From: Eledone cirrhosa
Lineage: Eukaryota
Assembly (NCBI GenBank): GCA_964016885.1
Contig: OZ024749.1
Span: 42,346,001-42,410,000 of the forward strand
Direction: 5' to 3'
Length of the DNA stretch: 64,000 nt
The notes under the pieces were generated by a model. It was given only the letters and a program-made list of their open reading frames with translations. It had not been told where the DNA came from and ran no database searches. A program made the position numbers and the translations under genes. This document shows positions 23,741-35,757 of this stretch, one piece after another (position 1 is the first letter of the stretch; each line of letters opens with the position of its first letter).

Positions 23741-23996
23741 CTAGACAGCCAGACCAGTTAGAACTTGTCAGAGTCAGTTGGAACCAGTTAAGTATTCCAC
23801 ATTAAGAAATTCTCCCCTACTTCAGTAGTCAGGTAACAGCAGAGATTCTGCTTTCAAATCACTCCCTATCCAAAGATTTTAACACAAACAGATTGGTGTG
23901 AGTTATAATTAGGGGGAGAGGACAGAGCCCTAAACTATATTTCAAAACTAGGATCAGAAGCATCAAAGTTACATCCAGTACACACACACATATATA

Positions 23997-24072
23997 CAGG
24001 GTGTCCCCCAAAATGTATACACTTTGATTAGAATGTTGTTGAAGTGTGTGTGCATTTTTTGGGGACACCCTG
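23997..24072. mobile_element. Tiny Tc1/mariner-type MITE
   Basis: TA|CAGGGTGTCCCCAAAA ... TTTTGGGGACACCCTG|TA. Confidence 0.8.
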
Positions 24073-24389
24073 TATATCTGAAATTTAAAATGTTGGAATC
24101 CAAACATTGAAAGATAATTGTAACAACAGATGATAGCAATAAATAATAATAATAACTGGAAAAAGACCCTTAGGGAGAGAAAAAGTTGCCAGCAGCCATA
24201 TATATCTATATATATGTATACATCATCATCATCGTTTAACGTCCATCTTCCACGCTAGCATGAGTTAGACAGTTTTGTTCCATTTGATGCAGGAATGGTC
24301 GGGAGACCATGCTTTGCTTGCACAGAAGCATCTCTGGCAGGTTTTTTACAGCTGGACGCCCTTCCTAACACACACATATATACATATAT

Positions 24390-24655
24390 TAGTGAGAAAC
24401 TGGGCATAAAAGGGGTTAGATGTAGTGTGCGGGAGAGGAGATTGCTGTGGTATAGATATGTGATGGTTAGTGAAGATGTCAGCTGTATAAAAAGGTGCAG
24501 GGTACTTAAAGTTGTTGAAGGAAACTATGGAAGAGAAAGATCTAGCAAAGAATGAGATGAAGTGATAAAAACTGACCTCGCACAATTAAACCTCTCAAAG
24601 GTGATGACATAGGGTCAAAATCTCTGGCCTTATGCAGTACTGCAGAAGACCTGCC
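24390..24655 (+). mobile_element. Decayed RTE LINE 3' fragment
   Basis: EKLGIKGVRCSVRERRLLWY... aligns by eye with the C-terminus of the 44189-46333 ORF. Confidence 0.75.
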
Positions 24656-25125
24656 TTCCCATGTGCACAGGATGCAGCAAACAACTAGAGTATACACCAC
24701 TTCTCATCACTACACCTCCCACGTCTTAACACTTTACCCTTTACTAGCTTAGTACCTCACCTGCTGAAGTGGCTAAAAGCTCCCAGTCGACCTTGTAGGT
24801 GGTCATGCTGGTGACACAACAAAAGCTCCCAGCCCACCATATAAGGTTCTCATGCTGGTGACATGACGAATATGCACCCAGTCCACCCTGTAAGATGGGC
24901 GTGTTGGTGACATGACAAAATGTGTGCATCATCATCATCATCAACGTTTAACGTCCGTGTTCCACGCTTGCATGGGTTTGGATGGGGGTTTTCCCACTTG
25001 AGGCAAGAGTGATTGTCTTGCTCGCATAGGACTGTCTGGCAGGTTTTCTACAGTTGGATGCCCTTCCTAACACCAACCACATTTACAGTGTGGGTCTGGG
25101 AGGTTTTTACCGTGTTGCCTACACG

Positions 25126-25171
<46 letters not shown>

Positions 25172-25404
25172 TTCCAAAAAAATGTATTCACAACAAAATC
25201 TTTAAAAAATGCATTAAAATAAATTCTATTTTATATGTATTATTTAAATTATGTAAACAAACATTTTTGGGTGTTTTACATACAATTGAACTATGTCTGT
25301 AGATCATTTTATTTTTGGGAAAGGCTTGTACAGGTAATCAAAGTATGTATGCCCTTTTTTGTGACACCCTGTGTATATATATATATATATATACACATAT
25401 ATAT

Positions 25405-25476
<72 letters not shown>

Positions 25477-25497
25477 ATAATATATATATATATATAT

Positions 25498-25706
25498 AGT
25501 AATAATAATAAATTTGAAGACTAAAATCCAAAGAGGGCTCGATAAGGATAAATATATATCAAATATATAAGAACCGTAGAGCAAATATTTATTAAAATAT
25601 ATTATTAAAATATATTAACGGGATCTTCTGAAACTTTCAGAAGATCCCGTTAAGGGTGAAAGCAGCGATTCTTTGCTTAAACTTTAATCTGTTATTTTAA
25701 TAAATA
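25498..25706. mobile_element. Short fold-back element in (TA)n with perfect 19-bp snap-back hairpin
   Basis: Shares sequence with 2690-2862; TTAACGGGATCTTCTGAAA-C-TTTCAGAAGATCCCGTTAA at 25615-25653; partial hammerhead-like CAGAAGA-TCCC-GTTAA-GGGT-GAAA. Confidence 0.7.
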
Positions 25707-25744
25707 TATATATATATGTGTGTATGTATATATATATATATATA

Positions 25745-25776
<32 letters not shown>

Positions 25777-25853
25777 CATATGAAAAAAGTAAAAGAAGTC
25801 ATTCTTTCCCTCTTTTCAAATATACCTAACTGTACCAAGGATTTCACACATTT

Positions 25854-25923
<70 letters not shown>

Positions 25924-26069
25924 ATACACACATATGCATGATGATTGAAGATGATATTAGAATGTCAGATTTAGCTAACATTCTTTTTATAGTTGCCACA
26001 ACAACAACGACCAACCTCATCACCAACACTAGTACAGTAAGTATAGGTGTAAAGAGATGTTGACTCCTC

Positions 26070-26360
26070 CACTCCACCCCACCACCACCACAACCACCAC
26101 CATCACTACCATCAACACCATCACCACAACCACCCCACCGCCATCACTACCATCAACACCATCACCACCACCACCACCATCCCCATCACTACCATCAACA
26201 CAACCACCCGACAACCATCAACACTATCACCACAACCACCCGACTACCATCACCACCACCATCACTACCATCACCACAACCTCCCAACAACCATCACCAC
26301 CACTACCATTAACACCATCCCCACCGCCACCACCACTACCATCACCACTACCACCCAATC
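26070..26360. repeat. (CCA/CAT)n low-complexity tract
   Basis: Degenerate ACC/ATC trinucleotide repeats. Confidence 0.85.
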
Positions 26361-27059
26361 AACTGAAATGAAAATATAGGCAATATTAACAAGAGCTAAA
26401 CTAAAACACTGCAATGTTCTCAGTCTCATAAATCTTTAACTTAACCTGATTTTCCCACCACCCCACCCCCGCTGTGTTTTGGCTATAAAATGTTGAAAGG
26501 GTCAGACATGACCAAAACAAAATTGGATTTTTTTAATATGTCTTCTTTTTTCTTTTCTTTCTCCATTTTAGTCAAACCAGACGAGTTTTCCTTCTTTTTT
26601 TTTTTAGAATGTGTATATACGTGTGTGTTTCTAAAGTCTGTCTTGAGCTTGGAGGGCTCATGCGGTTGGTAATTATCCCGGTTTCCATGGTGTTAAGCAA
26701 CTGAGAGTACACGACTCCCCACCACCACCACCACCACCACCCTGGACAGGATGCCAGTCCATCGCAAGGTTTAAACCTCCAGCTATTGCTGGTACTCATT
26801 TTCAGCTGAGTATACTGGAGCAATGTGAAATGAAGTGTTTTGCTCAAGAATCAAGAACACAACCCAGTACAGGAATCAGACTTATGACATTACGATCATA
26901 AGTCCAACTTCATTACCACTAGGCCACACACCTCTACTTATATGTGTTTGTATTATGGTTAACCCTTTTGTCACCATATTTCTGGCGTCACGCAGTAATA
27001 CAGAGTACCCGACCTCCCATGGGTACATGCTGAAGCATATAAACAATATGCCCCCACAC

Positions 27060-27338
27060 CCCCCACCGCAAGGTGGTCGTGGAGGTGCCACGGCAAAAAA
27101 AGCACCCAGCCCACACTGTAAAGTGGACGTGTAGGCGCCACGAAAAAGCACCCAGCACTCACTGTAAATGAGGTTGGTGTTAGGAAGGGCATCCAGCTGT
27201 AGAAATCAAGCCAGATCAGTTCCTGTATGAGCAAGGCATGGTCAGCCGACCAGACACTGCACACAACAGGACAACCCGTCTAACCCATGCTAGCGTGGAA
27301 GAACGGACGTAAAACGGTGATGATGATGATGATGATGA
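27060..27338 (+). mobile_element. RTE-tailed non-autonomous element (3' half of family A-like)
   Basis: GTTAGGAAGGGCATCCAGCTGTAGAAA block and CCCGTCTAACCCATGCTAGCGTGGAAGAACGGACG + (TGA)n tail; relatives at 24928-25120(-), 34108-34390(-), 38760-38982(+), 55240-55638(+). Confidence 0.75.
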
Positions 27339-28011
27339 TTTCTAATAAAAGACACTGCTTAGGGCTTTCAAATAATTTGGAGGGATTTAGCAATATAATT
27401 TTATCATTATTACCGGAGCAATGGAAATAAATCAAATAGTGAAGATAGGTCCTAAATAATTGTTTTATGATCGCTTCAGAGGGTTGATTGATCATAATAG
27501 ATATATTGACTGGAAGATAGAGGTTATGTCACCACACGCACACACATACACACATGTGTGTGTGTGTGTACGTGTGGTGACATAACCTCTATCTGTATGT
27601 ACGTATGGATGTGTGTGTGTGTGTACGTGTGGTGACATAACCTCTCTCTGTATGTACGTATGGATATGTGTGTGTGTAGTAGGAATTATCTATCTAACTC
27701 CTTCAAAGGAAAGGAAAACCTTGCATAATAATTGTTTCTACTTTTGGCACAAGGCCAGCAATTATCCCAGTGCATTACTGGTACTTTATTTTATCGATCC
27801 CGTAAGGATGAAAGGCAAAGTAAACCTCGGCGGGAATTGAACTCAGATCGTGATGATAATGATTTCTATGTTGACATGGGTTGGACTCAACCTTAGAGGC
27901 TCCAAAAAAAAAAAAAAGAAAAAAAAAAGGGTTATGGGCAATGGTTCCCCCATGATCCCCTCCGATCCGATTAGTGGTAAAAAACGACGACGACAAAAAA
28001 AGATACGATAC

Positions 28012-28430
28012 CTGGGATTGAACCTCACGGTCAACGTTGTTTTGTTTGGCACTGGCGTTGTTCAGATTTGTCGAAGTGGCCGCCACAACATTGCAGCTGG
28101 CTCTCATATTGTTGGTGTTATTCACTGGGGTCTGCTGCTGCTGCTGCTGGTGGTGGTAATGATGCTGCTGCTGTTGATGATGATGGTGGTGGTGGTGGTG
28201 GTGGTGGTGGGACGACGACGATGAAGACGAAGACAATGACGAAGCTGACGATGACGGCGTCGCCGACAGCGACGACGGTGCTGGGTGTGGGTGTGGGTGT
28301 GGGTGTGGGTGGGTGCCTGCTTGTAATGGAGGGGGCAGGGATCTCTGCTGCTGCTGTTGACCTCTGCCGTCACGTATAGCATCTACCTGGTGACGTAGAC
28401 CAGACATATTTTCAAGAGGGGAGCCATCAC
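28012..28430 (-). CDS. STI1/DP-domain protein, exon 2 (polyQ/polyH/polyS)
   Basis: TTGTAG acceptor, GTATCG donor, phase 1/0; (G)DGSPLENMSGLRHQVDAIRDG...NNVDREVQSQ, open throughout. Confidence 0.75.
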
Positions 28431-28454
28431 CTACAATAACAATTACAATAATAA

Positions 28455-29325
28455 TAATAATAATAATTGTTTCTACTTTTGGAACAAGCCAGCAATTGCC
28501 CCAGTGTATTACTGGTACTTTATTTTATCAACCGCGTAAGGATGAAAGGCAAAAATTAACCTCGGCGGGATTAACTTTGCCTTTCATCCTTACAGGGTTG
28601 AAAAAAATAATGTACCAGTAATGCACTGGGATAAATGATTTCTTTATTATTGGCCACAAGGGCCAAACATAGAGGACAATGCAAAGACGGGGACAGTAGG
28701 GGTTTACATACAATCGAGTAAAAAAAAAATAAACAAAAAATATCAACAACAGAATTCCCCAAAAGAGGGGCATACCACCCAGGAGTGACGTTGGGTGGTA
28801 TGCCACCCCCCTACGTCATAATAATAATGATTTTTTTTTATTAAGGCACAAGGCCAGCAATTTTGGTTGAGGGATAAGTCGATTAAATTGACCCCAGTGC
28901 CTGACTGGCACTTTATTTTATCGACCCCGTAAGGTAGAAAAGCAAAGCTAACCTCGGCCGGATTTGAACCTAGAAAGTAAAGGGCCGCAAAGCATGGTGT
29001 CTGACGCTCTACCGATACTGCTAATCCACTGCCTTAATAATAATAATTGTTTCTACTTTTGGCACAAGGCCAGCAATTACCCAATGCATTACTGGTACTT
29101 TATTCTAATAATAATAATGGTTTCTTATATAGGCACAAGGCTAGCAATTTTGGGGGAGGGGAAAGTCGATTAAATCAAGCCCAGGGCATTTATTTTGTTG
29201 ACCCTGTAAGGATGAAAGGCAAAGCTAACCTCGGTGGGATTTGAACTTGGAACGTAAAGGGCCATAACTCCAGTCTGCAAAACATAGTGTCCACCTCTCT
29301 ACTGATACTGCCAATCCACATGGTT
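28455..29325 (-). mobile_element. Cluster of SINE family B copies plus an L1/Tx1-like tail fragment
   Basis: At least four partial or full family B units separated by (TAA)n; 28640-28810 resembles 33630-33800. Confidence 0.7.
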
Positions 29326-30185
29326 CTAATTTAAGTACACGACCAACAATTTTTGGGGGAGCTGTAGAAACCAAACTAAAATCAGTTCTGTACGAGCAAG
29401 ACATGGTCACCTGACCTAGCATTTCTCACAACAGGACAACTTGTCTAACCCATGCTAGTATAGAAAAATGGACGTTAAACGGTAATGATGATGATGATGA
29501 TTGCTAATGAAGATTCATTTTTTTTAACAATATGGCAATGAAAGCGTTAGCACTGTAGGATGTGATTTGAGTGAGAGATTTGACTGCTATTTCTAGCAGT
29601 ACAAGGCACCAACCAGAGGCAGCTCATGGGTCCTCTGGTCTATGATCTATATGGTGTCCTGTTGATTTAGCTATCCACACTAACTCCCTTCCGTCTCTCC
29701 AAACACATACACACACATATATATGTATATGTCGTGTCGCTATGATACTTCCTCAGTCAAAAACTGCTGGAATTTCAAATTTGGCGGTCATTCGAGGTGA
29801 GAGAGAGCAACTTTACGGACATGATTTTTGACAGCGGCAAGAAATTGTTTTCTTATATCAATGTTTAATGGGCTTCCACTGATGATTTATAAGTGCCCAC
29901 CTAAATATATTCTTACATGAATATATATTAGGCTGGAATATACATAAACTGGAAACATTCTCCCAAACTTGTAGAAAACTTATAATGAAACAATTGTTTG
30001 GAAAGAGAGATATACTTTAACTTTAATTATATCTCATAAAATAATACAACTGGTTTTTCCACATTATACATATTGTTAGCACCCCAAACACTTAAATTGG
30101 GTTTATATTTTAATATAACCTAATGTTTGTTGAGTGAGATGGTTACCAGTCAGAGTTTAGCTTTAAACTATCTCTGTTATTGTAT

Positions 30186-30245
<60 letters not shown>

Positions 30246-30405
30246 CATACACACCCACACTGGTGGGTGAAACTGTTGACAACTCATTGCAAATAATGTT
30301 GTTATGATGTGGAAATATTCTGTTGACATATCTACTAACTTATTGAATGAACAAAATAAGGCACTACATACACTGAATATGTGACCTCGTTTTGTCATAA
30401 GAATA

Positions 30406-30610
30406 TACAAGGGTCGACTGGAAAGTTCATAGGAAAGACTATGAAAGAGTGATGCTAGAGCAGTGAAGTTTTTGCATGTATTAATTTCAACTTTTCTTAT
30501 TAATAACTGCATCATTTCTTTCCAGAGATTGTGTTGAAAAATAAACCTCATTTGGTCATTCCATGAGAGTATCTTGGTCAACCTATGGACTTTTCAGCAA
30601 ACCCTCGTAT
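30406..30610. mobile_element. Mariner-derived MITE
   Basis: TA-CAAGGGTCGACTGGAAAGTTCATAGG ... CCTATGGACTTTTCAGCAAACCCTCG-TA. Confidence 0.7.
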
Positions 30611-30718
30611 ATGTCAACATTTCCTACCTTTCTAGGTACTATGGGTGAAAGATAAACCTCATTTGGTCATTCCATGAGTATCTTGGTAGCCTATGAAACA
30701 TTTCAGATGACCCTAGTG

Positions 30719-30782
<64 letters not shown>

Positions 30783-30822
30783 ATATATTAATAAATGGAA
30801 ACTATATTTATAAAACCATATT

Positions 30823-30888
30823 TATTTTATTATACATATTTCAAGGGCAACCAAGGCAAATTATGGTGCGCTTTCATCAGATAAAATA
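30823..30888 (-). ncRNA. Minimal hammerhead ribozyme (element ~30779-30965)
   Basis: Minus strand TATTTTAT-CTGATGA-AAGCGCACCATAATTTGCCTTGGTTGCCCTT-GAAA-TATGTA-TA-ATAAAATA; near-identical to 60587-60652. Confidence 0.8.
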
Positions 30889-31084
30889 CAGATTTGTTTT
30901 ATAAATAAATATTGACATACCCTGAAAAAAGACAACCTTAACGGTTGCAGCTTCCTGGATAGTAGGATGAAAGGCAAAGCTAACCTCGGCAGGATTTTAA
31001 CCCAGAACGTAAAGGGCCACAACTCTATACCGCAAAGCATGGTGTCTGACGCTCTACCGATACTGCCAATCCATCATATGTTCA

Positions 31085-31664
31085 ATAAATGAAAAGATTT
31101 CGGGAGAGACATGATTTATTTTAATAAGTTTACAAAACTTTTGTCTCCTTCAAAATAATGGCCTCTCATGTCTACATACTCGTACAGGTATTTTTCCCCA
31201 CTCCTGGAAGATCTCCCCCAGTCCTTCAGCAGTCTCACCAGGGACCCCCCCCCCATCCACATACCTCATTCAACTCCTGTGTTCCCCCACGAGGTTGTCC
31301 TTCATGCATGGAAGCAGGAAGAAGTCACAAGGAACAAGGTCAAGACTATAGGGTGGCTGTTGTGGCTGTTGTACCTCTTTCCTTCTCCTGTTGGTTATCC
31401 AGATGGTCACCAACATTGACTTATGGCATAAGACATTGTCCTGATGGAAACACCACTCTCCACTGCTGTCACCTCTTCTCCCTCATCCTCTCTCTGAACA
31501 TTTTCAGAACTTCAAGGTAATACTCCTTATTGAAGGTTTGGCCCTCAGGGACCCATTCAACATGAATTAGTTCCCTGGGAGTTGAAGAAAGGAATGACCA
31601 TGGCCTTCTCTTGTGACTTGCTGATCTTTGATTTCTTGGGCCTGGGAGAGGACACGTGCTTCCA

Positions 31665-31670
<6 letters not shown>
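31085..31670 (-). pseudogene. Mariner transposase remnant
   Basis: Frameshifted QWKHVSSPRPKKSK...IHVEWVPEGQTFNKEYYLEVLKMFRERMREKR and terminal GHYFEG motif. Confidence 0.8.
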
Positions 31671-31702
<32 letters not shown>

Positions 31703-31753
31703 GGCTTCTAAAGGACTAGAACTTACTGTGGTTACCCCAATTGAACCCTGGAC

Positions 31754-31806
<53 letters not shown>

Positions 31807-32169
31807 TATATATATACCAAAGGCAAGATTATGACCCCCACCCCCAGGCACTGAACACACTCCAACATAGTCCACATCAGCACAGATGACTGGGAAACTA
31901 TGGAAGTGGCAGTATTTCATTAGTGCATCTTCACATGACACTCCAATAGCTGTAGCAATATGGCCAATGCCTGTAGGATGCTAAGAATTCAGAGACCTGG
32001 CCTGCATTGGCTGAAGAGATAGAATGACAGATGAGAAGATTGCAAACATCTACACATCATAGATTACAGTGACTAACACTTGTACTAGACTAGTACCACT
32101 CTCAAAGTTTCAGTGATTATCATCTGATGACAAGCCTAAGCAAGATGACCAAATAGACAGAATATATAT

Positions 32170-32512
32170 ATCATCATTTCATCATTTCATTTTACGTCCG
32201 CTTTTCCCTGCTTGCAAGGGTGGGACGGGAACTGATTCTGGCTTGATTTCTACAGCTGGATGCCCTTCCTAACACCAACCTCATTTACAGTGAGTGCTGG
32301 GTGCTTTTTTGCCGTGGCACCTCCACGACCACTTTGCAGTGGAATGATATGGACCCAACTCCCTATCATCTCATTTCTACAGCTGAGTAAACTGGAGCAA
32401 TGTGAAATAAAGTGTCTTGCTCAAGGAAACAACACATCACCCGGTCTGAGAATTGAACTCACAACCTTTCGATTGCAAGCCTAATGCTCTAACCACTAAG
32501 CCATGTGCCTCC
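32170..32512 (-). mobile_element. SINE family A, full copy
   Basis: Near-identical reverse complement of 31-372. Confidence 0.9.
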
Positions 32513-32579
32513 ATATATATATATATATATATAAAAATTCAAAATATTAATAAATGGAGACATTCACGTGCTCAAAATA

Positions 32580-32646
32580 TGTTTTATTATATATATTTCA
32601 GAGGTACTGTGGTATTTTTTTCAGTACGTCCTCATCAGATAAAATA
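32580..32646 (-). ncRNA. Minimal hammerhead ribozyme (left arm)
   Basis: Reverse complement of 32758-32824. Confidence 0.8.
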
Positions 32647-32757
32647 TATAAATTGATGTATGACATACCTCAACTGTGTTGATGGTTCAATTTCAGTCCT
32701 GCCAAGACTGAAATTGAACCATCAACACGGTTGAGGTATGTCATACATCAATTTATA

Positions 32758-32824
32758 TATTTTATCTGATGAGGACGTACTGAAAAAAATACCACAGTAC
32801 CTCTGAAATATATATAATAAAACA
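32758..32824 (+). ncRNA. Minimal hammerhead ribozyme (right arm)
   Basis: TATTTTAT-CTGATGA-GGACGTACTGAAAAAAATACCACAGTACCTCT-GAAA-TATATA-TA-ATAAAACA. Confidence 0.8.
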
Positions 32825-32965
32825 TATTTTGAGTACGTGAATGTCTCCATTTATTAATATTTTGAATTAATATTAATAACTCAAGAAAACTTCTCGTTGA
32901 GTGCTTCTAATCTATTGTAAAACTATATTCATTGATTAATCTATGAACCTTGTTTAACTTTTGGT

Positions 32966-33015
<50 letters not shown>

Positions 33016-33117
33016 AAGAGAGAGAGTGGGAGAGAGAGAATGGGAGAGGGATAGAGGGATGGGACAGGACAGATTGTCTCTTTCACAACCGGTTAACTGA
33101 TAAACTATGTCCCTGTT

Positions 33118-33161
<44 letters not shown>

Positions 33162-33463
33162 AACAGGGTCATAGGAAAAATACTCGCTATATCTTTGGTT
33201 GCCAACATTACTCAATCAATGAGACAAAATTCGAATGTATAACTATGCAAAGCTGTACACAGAGTGCTTACAATATGTTATACATAAGGTGTGGTTGTGT
33301 ATATATATATATAAATGATGAGATGATCATGATATATATATATATTATGGAAAATTATTGCGATTAGCTATATTATATAATCAAATCTTTTCACAAAAAC
33401 CAAATTAGTTTTTCTATACAATATTTTTATTACTTTTTATTTTCCATTCATAGACAGATAGGT

Positions 33464-33511
<48 letters not shown>

Positions 33512-33629
33512 AGGGAGTGTAACTTGGAGTTACTGTAGGTTCACCCGGGTGAGAGAGAGAGAGAGAAGGGGGGTGAGGCAGATAGAGAGACAGAGATAGA
33601 TACACAGACATAGAGAAGTTGATAGATAT

Positions 33630-34078
33630 ATTTCTTTATTAGCCACAGGGGCACAACAGAAGGGGACAAATACAAAGGGGGAAGTTTACATACAATAAAA
33701 ACGTGTAAAATGTTATCACAGATGGAATTTAAAAAGTTAGTCGATTTTCCCCAATAGAGGGAGACAGTTTATATGGGTAACACATACCCCCCGAAAAAAA
33801 ATGTGCAACCCTCATCTCCAGGAGTACGAAGAGTTTGTACTCCCTTCCTCTCCTCCTCCTTTTCCTCAACCTACAGGCTGATATAGAGAGAAGGCCCATT
33901 CACTCGGGCCATTCTCGCCACTTTCACCCACCTTTCATAAAACTTGCTGGGGTACAGCACCTCTCTCTCCATCCTGATTCTTCTTCCAAAGTGGTATTTG
34001 AAAAAAAGAATCAGTTGTTGGCCGGAGAGAAAGGTGTCTGACCTCAGCCCTTTCAACCTTGTCCACCATACAACTAAG
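33630..34078 (-). mobile_element. L1/Tx1-like LINE 3' end
   Basis: VVWWTRLKGL...LILFFKYHFGRRIRMEREVL...FYERW...* followed by a 3' UTR ending AATAAAGAAA. Confidence 0.6.
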
Positions 34079-34536
34079 TTGATAGATAGAAAGATATATA
34101 TATATATATCATCATCATCATCGTTTAACGTCCATGTTCCACGCTTGCATGGGTTTGGACGGGAGCTTTCCCACTTGAGGCAAGAGTGGTTGTCATTGCT
34201 CGCATAGGACTGTCTGGCGGGTTTTCTACAGCTGGATGCCCTTCCTAACACCAACCACATTTACAGTGTGGGGCTGGGAGGTTTTTACCGTGTTGCCTAC
34301 ACGACCACATTACAGCGTCGACTGTGTGTTTTTTTGTCGTGACACCTACACGATCTCATTTGTTTCGGCCTGGATGTTGTGGCACCAACATAACTTTACA
34401 TTGAAAGGGGCGGTGTGGATGGGGTGGGGGTGGTGGGACAAGGGGTGTATTTTGTTAGAGATGCCTACTGACTGTAGTAGGTTTTACTTTGTATTTAGGT
34501 AAGGCGGGTCTTCTCTCTCTCTCTCTCTATATATAT

Positions 34537-34539
<3 letters not shown>

Positions 34540-34630
<91 letters not shown>
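34540..34630. repeat. (GA)n microsatellite
   Basis: About 45 perfect GA units. Confidence 0.95.
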
Positions 34631-34634
<4 letters not shown>

Positions 34635-34732
34635 AGATAGATAAATAAATAGAATGTGTCTCATTGGCAAGAGGTTAGTTAAGAAGCTATGTCCCTAATG
34701 GCACCATGTCATCATATATATTATATAATCAC

Positions 34733-34776
34733 GTTTATTTTCTATGTTAAATCCTCAACATTATCATCAGATAAAC
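34733..34776 (-). ncRNA. Hammerhead remnant lacking stem III (inactive)
   Basis: GTTTAT-CTGATGA-TAATGTTGAGGATTTAACATA-GAAA-ATAAAC; stems I and II present, stem III and cleavage triplet absent. Confidence 0.5.
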
Positions 34777-35430
34777 CCAGATCTTTTCACAAACAAGTTT
34801 GTTTTCTCTTTACAAAATATCTTTATTTCTCTATCAGCCATCGTTTGGCCTGTTTCTTTAGTCAGGAAAATGTTGAGTAGAATAAAAAGACTTCTTTTTT
34901 GTTTCATTTGTTTCTTTTGTAAATATTTTATAGGTAATTTCTTACTTCCTTTTTGTTTATATATAAGTAGTTCTAGTAGTTGTGGTAGTAGTAGTTTTTG
35001 TTGTGGTTGTGGTAGTACTAGTGGTGGTGGTAATAGTAGCAGTAGTGGTGATGAAGGTTGTAGTAGTAGCTGTGGTAGTGGTAGTGATGGTTGTAGTAGT
35101 GGTGGTTGTAGTAATGATGGTGGTGGTAGTGATGGTTGTGGTTGTAATTATTAGCTGTAGTAGTAGTGGTTAGGGTGTTTGGCTCATGAACTTAAAGTCA
35201 TGAGTTCAATGTTGGCAGCACAGTGACTCTCTGAATAGTACACTTATTTCACATTGCTCCAGTGGACTTAGCCCGAAAAAAATGAGTTATATATTAGATT
35301 TAAAGGGCCAGCCATGTAACACAGTGTGCCAAGCTGAATCTCCCTGAGAACTATGTTAACAGTACACATGTCTGTGGAATGCTCAGACACACACTCTGGT
35401 ATTCCAGACTGTTCCATTGATAAAACAACT

Positions 35431-35757
35431 GGAACATTCATCATGGTGACTGACTGAGATCCAACACAGACACACTCCAGTATTCCAGGCTTCTCCATTG
35501 GAACATTCATCATGGTGACTGACTGAGATCCAACACAGACACACTCCAGTATTCCAGGCTTCTCCATTGGAACATTCATCATGGTGACTGACTGAGATCC
35601 AACACAGACACACTCCAGTATTCCAGGCTTCTCCATTGGAACATTCATCATGGTGACTGACTGAGATCCAACACAGACACACTCCAGTATTCCAGGCTTC
35701 TCCATTGGAACATTCATCATGGTGACTGACAGAGATCCAACATAGACACACCTCAAT
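35431..35757. repeat. 69-bp minisatellite (~4.7 near-perfect units) grown from a SINE 3' end
   Basis: Units start at 35431, 35500, 35569, 35638, 35707; preceded by a tRNA/CORE-like SINE from ~35165. Confidence 0.9.

Larger units (their letters stand above)
32536..32965. mobile_element. Palindromic hammerhead-bearing PLE-like element (163-bp arms plus unpaired tail)
   Basis: Arms 32536-32698 / 32706-32868, 7-nt loop CTGCCAA, two mismatches seen; tail with ACTC...GAGTGCT. Confidence 0.85.

Noticed and set aside
25235-25941. Many ORFs with YIYIYI, CVCVCV or THTHTH runs, here and across the window
   Set aside because: They are translations of (TA)n and (CA)n microsatellites, which lack stop codons in these frames
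29874-29940. TTCCA-CTGATGA...GAATATATATTA...TGGAA
   Set aside because: GAAA box altered and stem II poor; could arise by chance in AT-rich DNA
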